Origin: Ylistrum balloti
Taxonomy: Eukaryota
Reading direction: 5' to 3'
DNA: 64,000 bases
NCBI RefSeq assembly: GCF_031769215.1
Contig: NW_026782390.1
Location: forward strand, 248,001 to 312,000
Every line of letters begins with the position of its first letter. Positions within the stretch are counted from its first letter, which is position 1. The notes under the pieces were generated by a model. The model did no database searches. It was not told the origin of the DNA and saw nothing but the letters and a program-made list of their open reading frames with translations. Below, one piece after another: positions 48,869-62,376 of this stretch. Both the position numbers and the translations under genes were made by a program.

Positions 48869-50389
48869 TACTGAAAGGATAAAGAAACGCAGGGTAATAT
48901 TTATTCCGATATTTTGAAAACGCGTTCTCCAAATAAAGTGAAACTTTGTGGATTGAGTAATTAGGTCATATTACACCTTGTCATGTATCGAAAATTTAGT
49001 CACGGTACAGTGCGCAGTGAGAAAGGAAAAAACAAGAATCTCGTGCACCGTGTTGTTCTGGTCTCATGCAGCGTTGGTCAAGTCACTCTTCTGTTAGTCT
49101 TTATACCGACCAACTGCTTCCCTAAAATTAATTGAGAATTTTATTCGTTTTAAGAATGGCACGACTCACAGAAGTTCAGAGGGGTCAGGCCATTCAGATG
49201 CTGATGCAAGGACAACTGCAAAATCAGGTTGCTAGGCACTTTGGTGTTAATGTTTCCACCATAAAACGTCTTGTAAGACGTCTTCGGGAAACTGGGCAAT
49301 TGGCCGATCGACCTAGGTCAAGACGTCCGCGCGTAACGTCACGACGTCAGGATTGCTATATCGTCGTCTCTCATGTGCGTAATCGGCGCCTTACTGCCGT
49401 TGAGAGTGCACTTAATGTTCGTGGAAATCATGGGCGTCCTGTAAGTTCAAAAACTGTAAGGAATCGATTACGAGAAGTTGGTGTAAGAGCACGTCGCCCC
49501 TACGTAGTTCCACACCTTACCCCTGCTCGACGTCAGCGTCGTATGGCCTGGGTCGCTGCACATGCTCCACGACGGTTTCCACTGAGGCAGTGGAGACAGG
49601 TTTTCTTCACGGTCGAGTCTCGATTCTGTCTTTATCGATCTGACGGCCGTCAACGTGTCTACCGACGTCCTGGCGAACGTTTTACGGACGCTTGCTTTGT
49701 AGAGAGGGATAGGTTTGGGGGCGGTTCAGTAATGGTGTGGGGAGGAATCTTACAAGGGTTAAAATCACAATTGGTTGTTATTGATGGCAATTTAACAGCA
49801 GCTAAGTATAGAGATGAGATCATCCGACCCCATGTTATCCCTTTCTTACAGCAGCATAATCTAACCCTCCAGCAGGATAATGCTAGGCCCCACGTAGCAA
49901 GGATTTACCAAGTCTTTCTGGCCAACAACAACATTCAACCACTAGATTGGCCGCCATATAGCCCTGATTTGTCCCCGATCGAGCATCTTTGGGACCAGTT
50001 GGATAGACAGGTTCGAAAGCGCCAGCCACCCCCTGCTACTCGAGAGCAGTTGACCAGAGCTCTGATTAAAGAGTGGGACAACATCCCCATAAAACGGATT
50101 AACGCTCTCATGAACTCTATGACCAGAAGAATAAGGGCCGTGACCACAGCAAACGGCGGACACACAAGATATTGATGACTCAGTTCAATTTCAATTTCAA
50201 AATCCTATGGGTCCATTCAATTTAATCGTTAGTACCTCTAAACCAATTGTCAGATGCAAAATACAGACTTTGGAAATTTTTAAGCTTTAATTTATCTGTA
50301 AGTATACAAAATTTCGTTTTAAATAAAGCCCGATATCATACTTAATTTCTGGTTTATAGTTCACCCTGCGTTTCTTTATCCTTTTAGTA
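48869..50389 (+). mobile_element. Tc1 DNA transposon, 1521 bp, full length
   Basis: 27-bp TIRs TACTGAAAGGATAAAGAAACGCAGGGT (1 mismatch) at 48869-48895 and 50363-50389; TA TSD on both sides. Confidence 0.96.
49156..50175 (+). CDS. Tc1 transposase, 339 aa, open frame but first catalytic Asp replaced by Val
   Basis: MARLTEVQRG...; paired-like HTH; FFTVESRF (GTC at 49612-49614; the family has DESRF); QQDNARPH-34 residues-PIEHLW; SPDLSPIE; GGHTRY end. Confidence 0.92.
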   Translation: MARLTEVQRGQAIQMLMQGQLQNQVARHFGVNVSTIKRLVRRLRETGQLADRPRSRRPRVTSRRQDCYIVVSHVRNRRLTAVESALNVRGNHGRPVSSKTVRNRLREVGVRARRPYVVPHLTPARRQRRMAWVAAHAPRRFPLRQWRQVFFTVESRFCLYRSDGRQRVYRRPGERFTDACFVERDRFGGGSVMVWGGILQGLKSQLVVIDGNLTAAKYRDEIIRPHVIPFLQQHNLTLQQDNARPHVARIYQVFLANNNIQPLDWPPYSPDLSPIEHLWDQLDRQVRKRQPPPATREQLTRALIKEWDNIPIKRINALMNSMTRRIRAVTTANGGHTRY

Positions 50390-51537
50390 TATTTTTGATT
50401 GACTATGAATTTAAGTTCATCCCAGAAAGATACACCAAGGAAAATGACTCGTTGATATGGAATTTTGTCCGGAATGGACAGAGAGATTTAATCAATTGTA
50501 GTCAATGATCTGACGTACGAACTCAGGACTTATCCAAACTTCCAATGTTTTATATATATCTTATTGATGCATGAACAGCTCTTCAGAAGTTAAGCCACGT
50601 TTCTATTAACAAAATTAAATACTTCAAACCTATCTTCAGAAATCACGCTATTCAGTACCAAAATGCCCATAGTTTTTACCGATTTTCTAAAGAGTAACAT
50701 TTTCCAGTTAAAGATTTATGGGACGAGAGCAGAAACAATTTCAAAGAAGATCTGTAGATATATCACATGTTAATAGATAATATAAATAACACTTATAATA
50801 AATGACTTGGCCTTCGTAACAAATTGAGCGATATGCTCATCTTACATATAGTCCTGGTAAAGAAACCGCATTGGAGAATTGGAAAAATCAAAAGTCGCGT
50901 TCACGATGGAATGGTTAAATATCTTGAGATGTAATGATTGGTAGTATATGTTTATACTGCAATAGAAACCAGTTTCAGTATAACGGGCAAAGTATGAAAC
51001 CAACAATATACAGAAAGGATAACATGTAAAGTTAAGAATAATTATATTCCTAACTGCAAAATATAATGGGAATTCCAATTTCAAAAAATAATTTAACTGG
51101 AAATCGATATGGCAAAATACGATTGCCACAACGCAAATAAGAGTTTCAATGCGTGTCCACAAAATTATATACACAAAATCAAAATTAAGCAGATTTGGTT
51201 ATTCAAATGGTAACTGCCATAGACTTACAAGACAGGTGTGTTATTGTGCCTGCATATAAGGCTTCCAATAACTTGATTCTTGTCTACAAAATTATTTCTT
51301 TATCTGTATATTAGACGAACCGTGCATGCTTGATAACGAAGGAAACCTCCGCATAATCATTATGCCTTCGTCAAAAAGATCAAACACCATTTAAAGTCAA
51401 ATTTGGGTTATAGCCTTATTCCGATACTGTTAACTCAAGATGTGGAATTAATAGTATATGGATTTTGAGGAAGTAGAGCCTTTGACTAATCTAATTAACT
51501 CTCTTCTAAAGAAACGTTTCTTCTGTGAGAACATTTG

Positions 51538-52060
51538 TTCACCCTGTACACCACCATATCCAATTCTAAACTGAAGGACGGCATTCGTTCTCCTGTTATG
51601 AGAGCTTTCGTCTCTAGGAAATATGAACGGCAGTATAAATATATGGCTGTAAACAAAACTGAAGTTCATTTCGTAAAAAAATAAAATAAAAAAACAAATG
51701 TCCATCGTTTATAACTATCAAAATTGTAAAATACACAACAGGCTCTTCTACATTAGCTTCTTATCTCGGTCGACATGGGCTGCTTTTCATCAAGCTGTTT
51801 GGTGATTTCAATTTCTGGATAGCATTATCCCTGCATCCCCAGAACAAGGTTTCAAAAGATGCAGGCTGATAACAATTTATGGGGAATTCTTATGGTCGCC
51901 ATAGCTATCTAATTGAGAAATATTCTATTTCTTTGTGCGAAATGAAGCTAGACGTGTTTGGTGCTCGTTGGTTTGCCTGTTGGTTTCGTTGTTGTATACC
52001 TTTAAGAACGTGACATTGCTTACTTGACCAAGATTTTTATCTTTGTTCTTTTTCAGGAGA
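51538..52060 (+). mobile_element. Penelope-like element relic, fragment 3, RT core internally deleted
   Basis: FTLYTTISNSKLKD...QYKYMAVNKTEVHFVKK jumps to TTGSSTLASYL; the 3' part is homologous to 12740-13140. Confidence 0.7.
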
Positions 52061-53554
52061 CTCTATGTAAAGCTTGATCTTATTCATGATTTGTCCAAGT
52101 TTCATGGAATTTGAGCTTGAATGATGATTATGTTGACATGGTGGTGTTTTCTTGATTTTGTTTCTGCAAAAGGCAAATTGAAGATGTTGTTAATGTATTT
52201 TAATGAATGCGGTATTGCTAAAAATATTCGGAACATATGCTGTACTCAAATACTTAAAGACATTCCTAGATTAAGCGATGAACAGATGACACCAGACAAG
52301 GTGATACTAGGATAGGAAGATAATATTTTGGCTCTTATATTCAATACTTTCATTCAAATGGTATTTCGGAAATGTAGCTATGATATAAACAGAACAAAAT
52401 CACAGTTACAGATGTTCAGATATTTGACAAAATTCACCCATTATGAGTAATTTATTCTTGTTCATTATGTCAAAGAAAACTCTCAAGGGAGAATATCCAA
52501 AACAGTATAGGTTAATTGAACAATAAGACCAAAAATATGAATGAAGGCATAAATAAACGAATAAGTGATAAATGATGAATGGATGAAGGAAGGAAATTGA
52601 ATATGAATAATATATATGATTAGGTAAGTCAATAGTAAAGACATGAAGTACGGGGAATGAGACCCCCCCTGTGCGAGGACTATATTTGTCTGGAGACGGA
52701 ACCTCATCCCTGGTTGTCTTCCTGTCTTCCAACGAAAGCCGTTCTGAGGTATTAAAGAAACAAAAATAAAACATAGTCATGTCAAGTCCCTAGCGTCTCC
52801 CGTTCGGCTCCAGTAGGTGTCAAAGTATACCATGTGGATAATAAACATTTATTGACACAATTTGAAAACAAGAATTTCTTTGAATGAATTTTGATACACA
52901 AATGCAAAAAAGAGGTGAATATAACATCGGGCAACATCAAACATACGAAAAAGGATGAATAAAATGTTAAACAACCAAGTTTCGAAAAAGTGGCCACGAT
53001 GAGATAAACTCGGCCTTATCATTATTTGTATTGTTATGTGTAGATGTGTTTATATTTTGTTCTATCAACAGCAAATGGTCATTTTTTAATGTGAGGTGAC
53101 TGTAATTGGTGCGTCTGTGTGTTTTGGGAAGCTGAATATATAGTGCTTATACACTGAAGTATATAGCTAGAGGCACCCAGCAGGACACCCAACCTGGTCA
53201 TATTGTACTGAGGACGTGTTTTAAATTAATCAAACTTGAAAATTCGACCTTTTTTGTTAGTTTACTGATATTGAGCTGTGGCTGACTCTGATATTGTTGT
53301 TCAAGTTTCATGTACACTATACTCTCGTGATCATTTCATGCTATGGTTTTAATTGCCAAAGTGGATTCCGTTAGCTTTGCCTGTCTGACTTGACCACAGG
53401 AAAGATATGTTAGTGCTGACAAGATTTAAGAAAAAATGTAGAGAAAGGCTTGTTTCAACAATATCTTGAGATCAACCAGCTGTAAACCTGACATACCGCT
53501 GACATTAATGTTAAAAACAAAGTGTTTTACAACAAGCAGTAAATATAGAGAATG

Positions 53555-53945
53555 TGGAAAGGTGGCGCAGTGGTAACACTCGTCTTTCACTTGGACGTCA
53601 AGGGTTCGATTCTCTGAACGGACATGAATAGATAAAGGGTCACCTGCCCAAACAAGTGTTTACCTCCGGTCCCTGTACAGGGGGCATATGGGAGTCAAAG
53701 AAAAGTCTTTTGCTGTTCGCTGCATGATTGTAGGATGCGACGCCAAATGACCCTGCCTTGGTTGTTTGACTGTTGTCTATGCAATGCGACGGTATTGGTT
53801 GGTCTGCTGGGGACACTTAAATGAATCTCCATTTTTCTTTTCTCTTTGTCTATGCTTTAATTTTTGCAGACTTAGTGTCCCTCTTGACACTCCACCTGAT
53901 TGACCCTTACTGATGCGAACGCGTTAAACCCTGTAACAGCAAAAC
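53555..53945 (+). mobile_element. tRNA-derived SINE (Pol III A and B boxes); not a functional tRNA
   Basis: A box TGGCGCAGTGG at 53563-53573; B box GGTTCGATTCT at 53603-53613; no clean cloverleaf or acceptor stem; ~330-nt body ending GCGTTAAACC...AAAACA. Confidence 0.7.
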
Positions 53946-56900
53946 ATTTATTTTTAAATGCCTACCACGTTTTTTATGTTTACTTCTAATAACACAATGA
54001 TATTATTTTCTTAGTTTTCCAGCTGGATCTGATGCTGACTATTTCTTGCTGTCTGCGTGCTGCAAGCTACGTAGTATTGGCTATAGGCTCCAGGGTTGGG
54101 TGAGTTTTTGGCATCTGTAACAAAAGACGACAGTGTATATCATAGTTAACATCAGAGACAAATGGGACACAATAGAAAGTCTTTAGACACATCATTTTAT
54201 TTGATAAAGGTAAGCGACAACACGTATGTAGTATCTTGTATGAATTTCCGTCTGACATTTGATAGATGAATTTGTAATTTGATAAGCCTTTGGCTATGTA
54301 AAATGCATATATATGATGAATTCACGAATCGCATATCAAATGAAAACGAATTTAAAATCCTTTTCATCACATGATCAAATAACTTTAGATATTGTGGAAA
54401 AAAAGGAAAGTTGCATGCCAAACTTGAAGTCATATTGGCTCAAAATTAGTAGTCTCCATTATCGCTTCACATTGGCTACGTATGCAATTTAACTAGTCAA
54501 TAGGTTATCTGACATATATGTAGCATAAAAATGTTTAATTGGTATATCGAAAAACGAAACAATCTTGTAATAAAATTAGATATTTCAAAACTATTTGAAT
54601 GACCAGTACTCGTTTGATCCACAATTGTACCAACCCGATGATCAAGACAGAATGAACCACTGTAAAAGTAAGACATGTGGGCCTTCTAAGCAACATTTTT
54701 ATCAAAACGTTTTCGCCTATATACTGTTTCTCAATTAAATCGACCAAGGACTTTTACAGGTTTACATCATTCATGCTTTGAGCATATTGCAGATTTGTTT
54801 TTCAAAGAGTCAGATTTGTTCAAACGCTTACTGATGACTTCAAAAATTGATGTCGAAGGATTGTCAATATTTCAGAAGTTCTGACTTAAATGTTTATTTT
54901 ATTATTACCGATAACTTTAGAAGACATCTATCGTTGTCTTTGAGGAGAAAACATATTTAATCACACAATATATCTGATATAATTTCGGCATTTTTCTTAT
55001 GTTAAAAGTAACATGTTGCCTTGGTTTTAAAGTGGGAGTCACATATTCACCAGCAGTTTCAGTGTTAACTTCTACACAATGTCTTGATCCATCAGCCTAC
55101 GCTCCTCTTTCTAGTCTTATTGCGTCATCGTACATCTTGCATCTCATCTGACATATTCAGTTTCAAACATAGATCAGTGACCTTCGGCAATATAGTGTCG
55201 TACTAAAGATATTTTATGGAACGAAGCTTTGGGTCGTTGGACCACAAAAGCTATTATATATTGCAAGTAATTTGACTTACCTGAAACACTCTCGAATGAC
55301 ATACCATTTCATCTGTGGCCATCCTCCATCGACGAGCACTGTTAATTAAGAGTGCTCACATTTCCTGTGCAATAAATCTTTAATCTTTAACAAGAAGTCA
55401 ACCACAGGCTTTTAATATAATCTCAGACTATGCGTCAACCGCTGAAAAGGCATGACGAAGTATGCTAATTCTAGACTTGATACGAAATGGCAGAAATTCA
55501 TGGAGATAAATTGCTATATAGACATAAAAAGATCGATACCATTTTCAATATTTTCTTGATGTAAATGCACTTTGCTCATATCTCTTTACAACCAGGTATA
55601 TCGTCTAGTTTATTCATAATTTGAAATGAATCAAGTTAAGTGTCTAGATAGAAAGGTGTAGGCAGAGACTTGAAATTAATATCAAATATTAATTTACAAA
55701 ATTCAGAATTGTTTACATTTTTTTTATCTGATAGTCGTTAGTTGATGGTTATACAATTGAAAATCAGAAGGTGATATACACTTCCCAGAAAGTAACCATC
55801 ACAATTCGAAACGCGCGTAAACTACATTTGAATTTATAATAAATGTTATGACGATTAATTCACATCAGTTCTGAATTCTATATAACACACCTGTTGCAAA
55901 CCTTGAGTCAAAATCGCAGATCCTGCGAAATCTCTTGCCTCTTTCATACTAATATTTTTTTCAAAATAAAAACTAAACTTAAAATACATTAAGAAAGGAC
56001 AACCCAAGCGTTTACGGCAGCAGGTTGTCAATTAATCTGCAAGCACTCCCATCTCCACCAGTCGTCTGTCTTTCCTCCTTTTAGGGACTCTCCTAGAATC
56101 GCTTCCATCAAAGTCCCATTCGTTATGTCTTATAAACGGTATCTAATTCATCATGTTCGATGTGCCCCGTGCTTCCTGGCATAATCTCCAGCATTTTTCT
56201 CTATTGATGCTTGTAAATTCTAACTTTAAACTTAGTTAACAAACTTCTTCTTATTTTTTTTCTAACATTATTTCAAACACAGAAAATGTTGGTCTATCTA
56301 ATTCTCCTTAGATATGACGTTTAACAATTTTGTATTGTGTTTTGATAATTGTTATCGTATTGTATATAAAACTCAGCAACATTATTAAAATCAGGGATCA
56401 GCTGCTAATAGTATGCTATTCAAAACATTAAGTGTTTAGGGGCTGAAGGAGATAAGGGTTGGGGTGTGCGTCTAGTGCAAATTGAAAAATAGATTAATAT
56501 TGTACACTTTCTGTGGCAAAAATAGTCCAAACCGATCAAGTAGCTCGCAGTCTCATTCATGTACATTTATCTGATGAAATTGTTCCGTCTGTCGCCCAAC
56601 TCCCTTCGTTTTCTCGGTTGAAATAAAGCATTTAACTTAGCGATCAATCCTGAGGAAGTCTCTGGCTTGTCTTTTCTGATCGAAACATACCAGAGCCCTT
56701 GAAATGATATTTAATTTTCCTTCGTTAACGGCCAGCATTGTTGTAATGTAACTGCTGGTCTACATTAGTTCCGCACAGTCCCAAAGGTGACAGTGTGGAA
56801 AAATTTTGCTAAGGCGATGTGTCACTTTGGCGCAAACTATGAACGAGTGATACCATCGATACAAATTAGTATAACCTCTTCGAGTAGGTGTTTTGGCCTA

Positions 56901-57527
56901 CTAGAATTAGTGACATTACTATATTCATTTACACAAATACCACCAAATGCTTTTAAACAAATAAATGCCACTTAGTTCATAATGTCAGCGGATGACATAC
57001 AACATAATAGTGTATAGAACGGCAGGAGCTGTATATCAAGTAACCCGATTTCGACACTGCGTAAAGATAAAGAAAAATTACAAACGTACGAGTTTTCCGA
57101 CTTGTCAATAACCTGTAATTAAACATAACCTACTGTCGTAATGTGTATCCTTATCAAATTAGGTTTCTCCACATTAATCACCACTTACAATAACAAACAG
57201 TGAGATGGAACTCACTTTGTTTTCCTGATCAAGGTGGCGTCGAATGTCATGTTAGAATGATGCAATAGCCGAAAACAGATATAAATCTACATGATAATAA
57301 GAACCTTTAATCAAATGTATACTTTTACGTCGAATCTTAGGTATAAACAAATTCTTCATGTAGATATCATGATCTAAAACGAATCATTTCAGTTAAGAAA
57401 TATTTGAGCAATTTTATTTCAACATTTTATAGCAAAATAAGATAATTACTTTTTTGATAAAAATAAAAGCATTACGTGAATATAAATACAATACACAGTT
57501 TTATATGTACATGATATGATTCTGAGA

Positions 57528-58718
57528 TCAAAAACTGCCAAATTTCGTATCTTGGTGAAAGCCTTTGGACGAAAAACGTCTCTTACATGGAACAATTTCT
57601 TTAAAGCTTTTCCTAAAATTAGCAGAAAACAGTGCATAAAGTATAGGGTTTAATGCACTGTTAAGGTAGAGAATGAGAAAAGACACAAGAGAAAGAATGC
57701 TTCCATTACCAGGTGTCCGTATTTGCCAATATTTAAGAAGCAGACGGATATGGTGTGGTAGGACACACACGGCGAACGAAATCACTACAGTGACGAGGAG
57801 GCGAATAACCTTCCTTCTGTTCCGCAAGGCACGCGTAGAGTTCATGCGTGTTGGAGTTGTCACCATGTGACTACGAGGTCGAAATGACAAACTCTCTCTG
57901 GAACTCCGCTTATTTCGAACTGGGAATCCATTGAAATGTTTACCGGATGGCGACTGTCTTCCACATATGTTATACTCAAGCTCTATGTTTACACACTGGT
58001 GTGAGGATGACGACGCACAATTGCTGTTGCCTTCAGGTCTTCCTGAACAGGACGAACTTTCATTACGAATATTGCGATCAATGCAGAAACAAGTTTCTTG
58101 GCTGTCCTTCCGGTGACAGCTAGACGATTTCATCATAACATTTCCATTATGAATACAGCTCCTGCAACTCTCATTAGATAACTTGCTAGCACAGTCGCAA
58201 TGTACAAGCATCCTGGTTTTCGGCGTATATCGGTGTAATTTAAATGTGAATCGTTGCACAATTCCATCTGAACTGTTGGAACTGCTTGTGTAATGTGATT
58301 GAGAATCTTCCTGTTGTTCGACAGTTCTTCTTTCTAAAGCAGGTACTTTCTTTGATGCCCCAACAAACCAAAGAACAGTCCCTATCTTGGAATAAATAAG
58401 AGTCATAACGATAAGAGGAATGGCGTACCAGACAATAAAATTTACAGTTGTTAATGCCTTCATGTCAATAATAGTGTAATCGTAAAAACAGTAGCTGCCA
58501 CCAACAATATCAAACACAAACAAGTAAGGGATGTTGTACAGGCCTGCTATCGTCCAGATCATTGTTTGAGCAATGATGAGTCTGCGCAGTGTGAAGAATC
58601 GACGTGCTCGTAATGGATACCGGATTGCTATGTAACGTTCTGCCGCGATGGCCGTCAGTATAACTATGGACGCTGTGTAACACATATTCCAGACAAAGTA
58701 GTACAGTTTGCACATCAC
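57528..58718 (-). CDS. TrissinR: Class A neuropeptide GPCR, trissin-receptor-like: last coding exon (TM3-TM7 and C-tail)
   Basis: Acceptor TTTATGTTGTAG|GTG, phase 0; VMCKLYYFV...YTASIVILTAIAAERYIAIRYP; RRKVIRLLVTVVISFAVCVLPHH; LYLNSALNPILYALFSANFRK. Motifs resemble insect trissin receptors (YTASI.IL, ERY, NP.LYA..S.NFRK); orthology is not tested. Confidence 0.85.
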   Translation of the reverse strand: MMCKLYYFVWNMCYTASIVILTAIAAERYIAIRYPLRARRFFTLRRLIIAQTMIWTIAGLYNIPYLFVFDIVGGSYCFYDYTIIDMKALTTVNFIVWYAIPLIVMTLIYSKIGTVLWFVGASKKVPALERRTVEQQEDSQSHYTSSSNSSDGIVQRFTFKLHRYTPKTRMLVHCDCASKLSNESCRSCIHNGNVMMKSSSCHRKDSQETCFCIDRNIRNESSSCSGRPEGNSNCASSSSHQCVNIELEYNICGRQSPSGKHFNGFPVRNKRSSRESLSFRPRSHMVTTPTRMNSTRALRNRRKVIRLLVTVVISFAVCVLPHHIRLLLKYWQIRTPGNGSILSLVSFLILYLNSALNPILYALFSANFRKSFKEIVPCKRRFSSKGFHQDTKFGSF

Positions 58719-61700
58719 CTACAACATAAATGTTGAAATTACTCCAACAGCTAGCTACTTTCATACCAAATCCATTTTATTTAAAGGGGCGGGGGTTTTG
58801 TTGGTTGTTTACATTATGTTGATCTCCTCCTCCAGTTCCATATCACTCTATCGGAGTAATTTCTATGGAATTTCAATTTATAATGATGCTTTAGGAACAT
58901 TACTGTCATATTTCTAATTTTAAAAATACATATCCAGTTGTTATGTTCACTCGATATCAATCGCATTTAAATCATAAACGTTCACCCTGTTATTTTTTTA
59001 ATTATTTTCATGGTATTCTAAACTATTTTTATCTGATGATTGTAAATCATCTAAATGATGTAGTATCTCAAGTATCACATCAAAACTACAATGACAAAAC
59101 ACCTTAATTTCATAATTTCTCAATGTCATGTTATTTGAAGTTAACGAAAAAGCGAGAAAAATCAATTAAGCACAATTAATATTGTTAAATATATTAATAT
59201 ACTGTTACATGAATACGCGTAAGGCGAGTCGGGTGATGAAGGGCGCAGTCGAATCATCTTGGGAGAGTATATATATATGGATCCAGCTTGGCTCGAACGT
59301 ATTGCATTTTACAGACAAAATGCCATTCTAGCACTAAGAAGTGTAATGAGAAACCAACTGGAAAGTTTTCAATGGCTGTATGATGCAGTTTAATTAATTA
59401 TCTGACTCTACTGTGTGTAATTCCAAATTGGTATTAGAAACGTGTTTTTCTCTTTGTCTTTTGTATAATCTTCGAGATTGCAGATGATAGACACTGCAGG
59501 CGAACTTTGAGTCCCCTAGGTTTGCTCACACATCATAAATACTACATTCAATTTACTCGAATAGTACTTTGGTCCGGAGTGTGCTTGTTGTTTTGAAATT
59601 AGTCATTGGTTAAAATCATGACATATATGGAATTTAAGGCTTTTTGCACCTTCTGATCTGACTTTAGACTTTGCTTACGACTAATGCGAACCTCCTCAGA
59701 CATCTCTCAAGTTTCAATAGTTTGAGGACGCCATAATCACGGAAGGACAAAATGGCTGTATGATTTAATATGATAAATAATTCGTTTCTTCTCTTTTTTT
59801 ATTGAAAGCTGCTATTCACTTTTGTACAACATTCCACTAATATATGTCCTCTCTATCTCTCATATCTTCTATACCGACGATATTTCAGATATAAGGAATC
59901 ATAAATTCCCTTTGCACTTGTTGTTAACAATTTAAACTGATGTGTTATTAACAAAGAGGAAAGTTATGATTATTTGATGAAATTCAATGGTACCATTGAA
60001 TTAACCTTGTATGAAATCATCTTATGTGTTACTGTAAAGATCTGACCTATATTTATGGCAAAAGGCTGATCGTACCTGAAATAAACTGTAAACTTTTTCA
60101 TATAGCAGATAAGTAATGCCTAATCTGTTTTGTTTTCTGACCGCACACTTATCAACCTTTGATATGTTCTAGAAAATGTGACTGATATTTAGTTTGAATA
60201 AGATTTGATATAATATATACAAATGCAATAGACTCGATCGTTAAAACAGATAATATTGATTACACCACAGACGATTGTTCCCAATAAAAACTCTTAATCT
60301 CTGTTGTTACTTAGAACAGTCGTTACATTGACACTTTTCTATCGATATCTGCGATATACTGAAACTAATACCCTCAAACATTATTTTGTAATACACAGTT
60401 ATACGATAACGTATCTATACATAACTAAAATCTTCTGTGTGGCTTTGACGTCTGGAATGTTCCCGTGCGTGCAGTTGGATGCAGCATTAGGTCTCTCTCA
60501 TACCATCGTATGCTGTTTGATATATAAAATGTTATTCTTAGTGCGGAATTCGCTGAACAATTCGAGCCTTTTACTATATAGTGTGCAATAAGTACCTTAA
60601 TATAACCTAGTATCCTTAAGGTAAGACACAATAAGGAAAAAATATTAAATACTAATGGTCTCCATATTACAGTGAAACCTCACCATCTTGAGGAATGGGG
60701 AAAATTCTTAATAGTAGGGTGATCTAAATTGTGAGTATGACGAAGCGGGCAGATTTTTCTTACGGTCTTTATTTTTAATAATTAATAAATAAGTATCTGA
60801 ATTTGAAAATTTATATTAGCTGGAAAGCTAGTTTGACACTGAAAATAAATCTAAAAAATACCTCGCATATGCACACTCCAGAAACTTAAAAAAAAAATGT
60901 TTTCTGAGATGTAAGGGATTTAATTAGTGACTTGAAATTAAATGCACAGTTGGTGTTTAGCACTTTATAAAACTAATGTTTTGATTAAAATGTGGTCTAA
61001 ATAGTGATGCTAACAATACAAAGACGCACAGAACTAATTTTTGAACTGAAATAAAGTGGTTTTAATAGCGAAATGGTCTTAACGTTGTGGTAGTCTTTTC
61101 AGCGAGGTTTCATTCTTTTAAGGCAAATGGGATATTAGATAAAGCCGTTACGTTTACTTCACTATGTGGGCTGTAAATAATGTGATATTACTATATATAA
61201 CTCTTTGCTGGCTCACCAATAACCTTTTCATTTAATTTCTGCATTGCTAAGGATGTCTAATGCGATGTTAGCAACGCTAGAGTTATGCCGTAAGGTATAA
61301 TATATGACCATTCAAAGCCTTGTTTACTTCATTGATGCTGTCACACGTATAATTACCACAAAGAGAAAGATATCAAATACTATCTTCCATATCATTTACA
61401 TTCCGGAAGTGGTTGTCGGATCTTTTGGAACTATCATGACGTATATATATATGTTTTCTTTGGCAGATCGGGATTTTTAAGAAGAACATTATCGTTTTAT
61501 GAAGAACAAAATTATTGCTATCAAATGTGACATATGGATCCTACAGATCGTTATCTGCTGTTTCAGATTAATTATTGTTATTTACTTTTGTGTGAGATCA
61601 CGCGTATCTTTATGCTTCAGAGCATACTTATTATTATCCACTCATATGTGAAAGCACACTTATTGTTATCAACCCTTGTTGCTGCTAAGAAGTTCTCAAA

Positions 61701-61892
61701 ATATGCAATTAATTTAGAACGGGATGCAGTGAGACAGAAGAGATATTTTTCAAATAAAATGGAAAGGGTTTAAAATGTATAATCCCAACAGCAAGAATTT
61801 AACAAATGGATTCATGGACAGTTGTAATGTAACATGATAAAGAAATTATATATTTACCTAACGTAATCATTTTAAGTATCAACATCGCTGAA

Positions 61893-62320
61893 GTACGGAA
61901 GCATATTCCGACCACGTTGTGTTTTATTTTATCTCGAAATTTCGAGAAAGCAACTCGAAATTTTTAATAAGTAATCCGAAATTTTGAGATATCAACCCGA
62001 AATTTCGAGATAGCAACGCAAAATTTTGAGATAGCAGCTCGAAGTGTACATATAGCAACTCGAAATTTCGAGTAAGCAATCCGAAATTTTGAGTTAGTAA
62101 GTCGAACCCGAAATTTCGAGATAACAACACGAAATTTCAACTTAATAACTCAAAATTTCGGATTAGCAACTCGAAATTATCTCGAAATGTCGGGTTAATA
62201 TCTCAAAATTTCGGATTACTAGCTCAAACTTTCGGATTACTTACTCAAAATTTCGGATTGCTATCTCGAAATTTCCAGTTAAAATAAAAAATACAACGTG
62301 GCCGGAATACGCTTTCCTAC
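61893..62320. mobile_element. Foldback-type non-autonomous element (428 bp) in the GPCR intron: ~38-bp TIRs around ~16 copies of a 21-bp unit
   Basis: GTACGGAAGCATATTCCGACCACGTTGTGTTTTATTTT at left and its near-complement at right; TGAA on both flanks; unit = CTCGAAATTTCGAG + 7-nt spacer. Confidence 0.85.
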
Positions 62321-62376
62321 TGAAGTGTACTAGACGAAACGAGTTTACGGTAAAGAGAAGGCATGCAGATACCTAC

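Noticed and set aside
57673-58116. Plus-strand ORFs overlapping the GPCR exon, and the many antisense ORFs over gag-pol and Tc1
   Set aside because: Shadow ORFs of GC-richer coding DNA; no independent signal.
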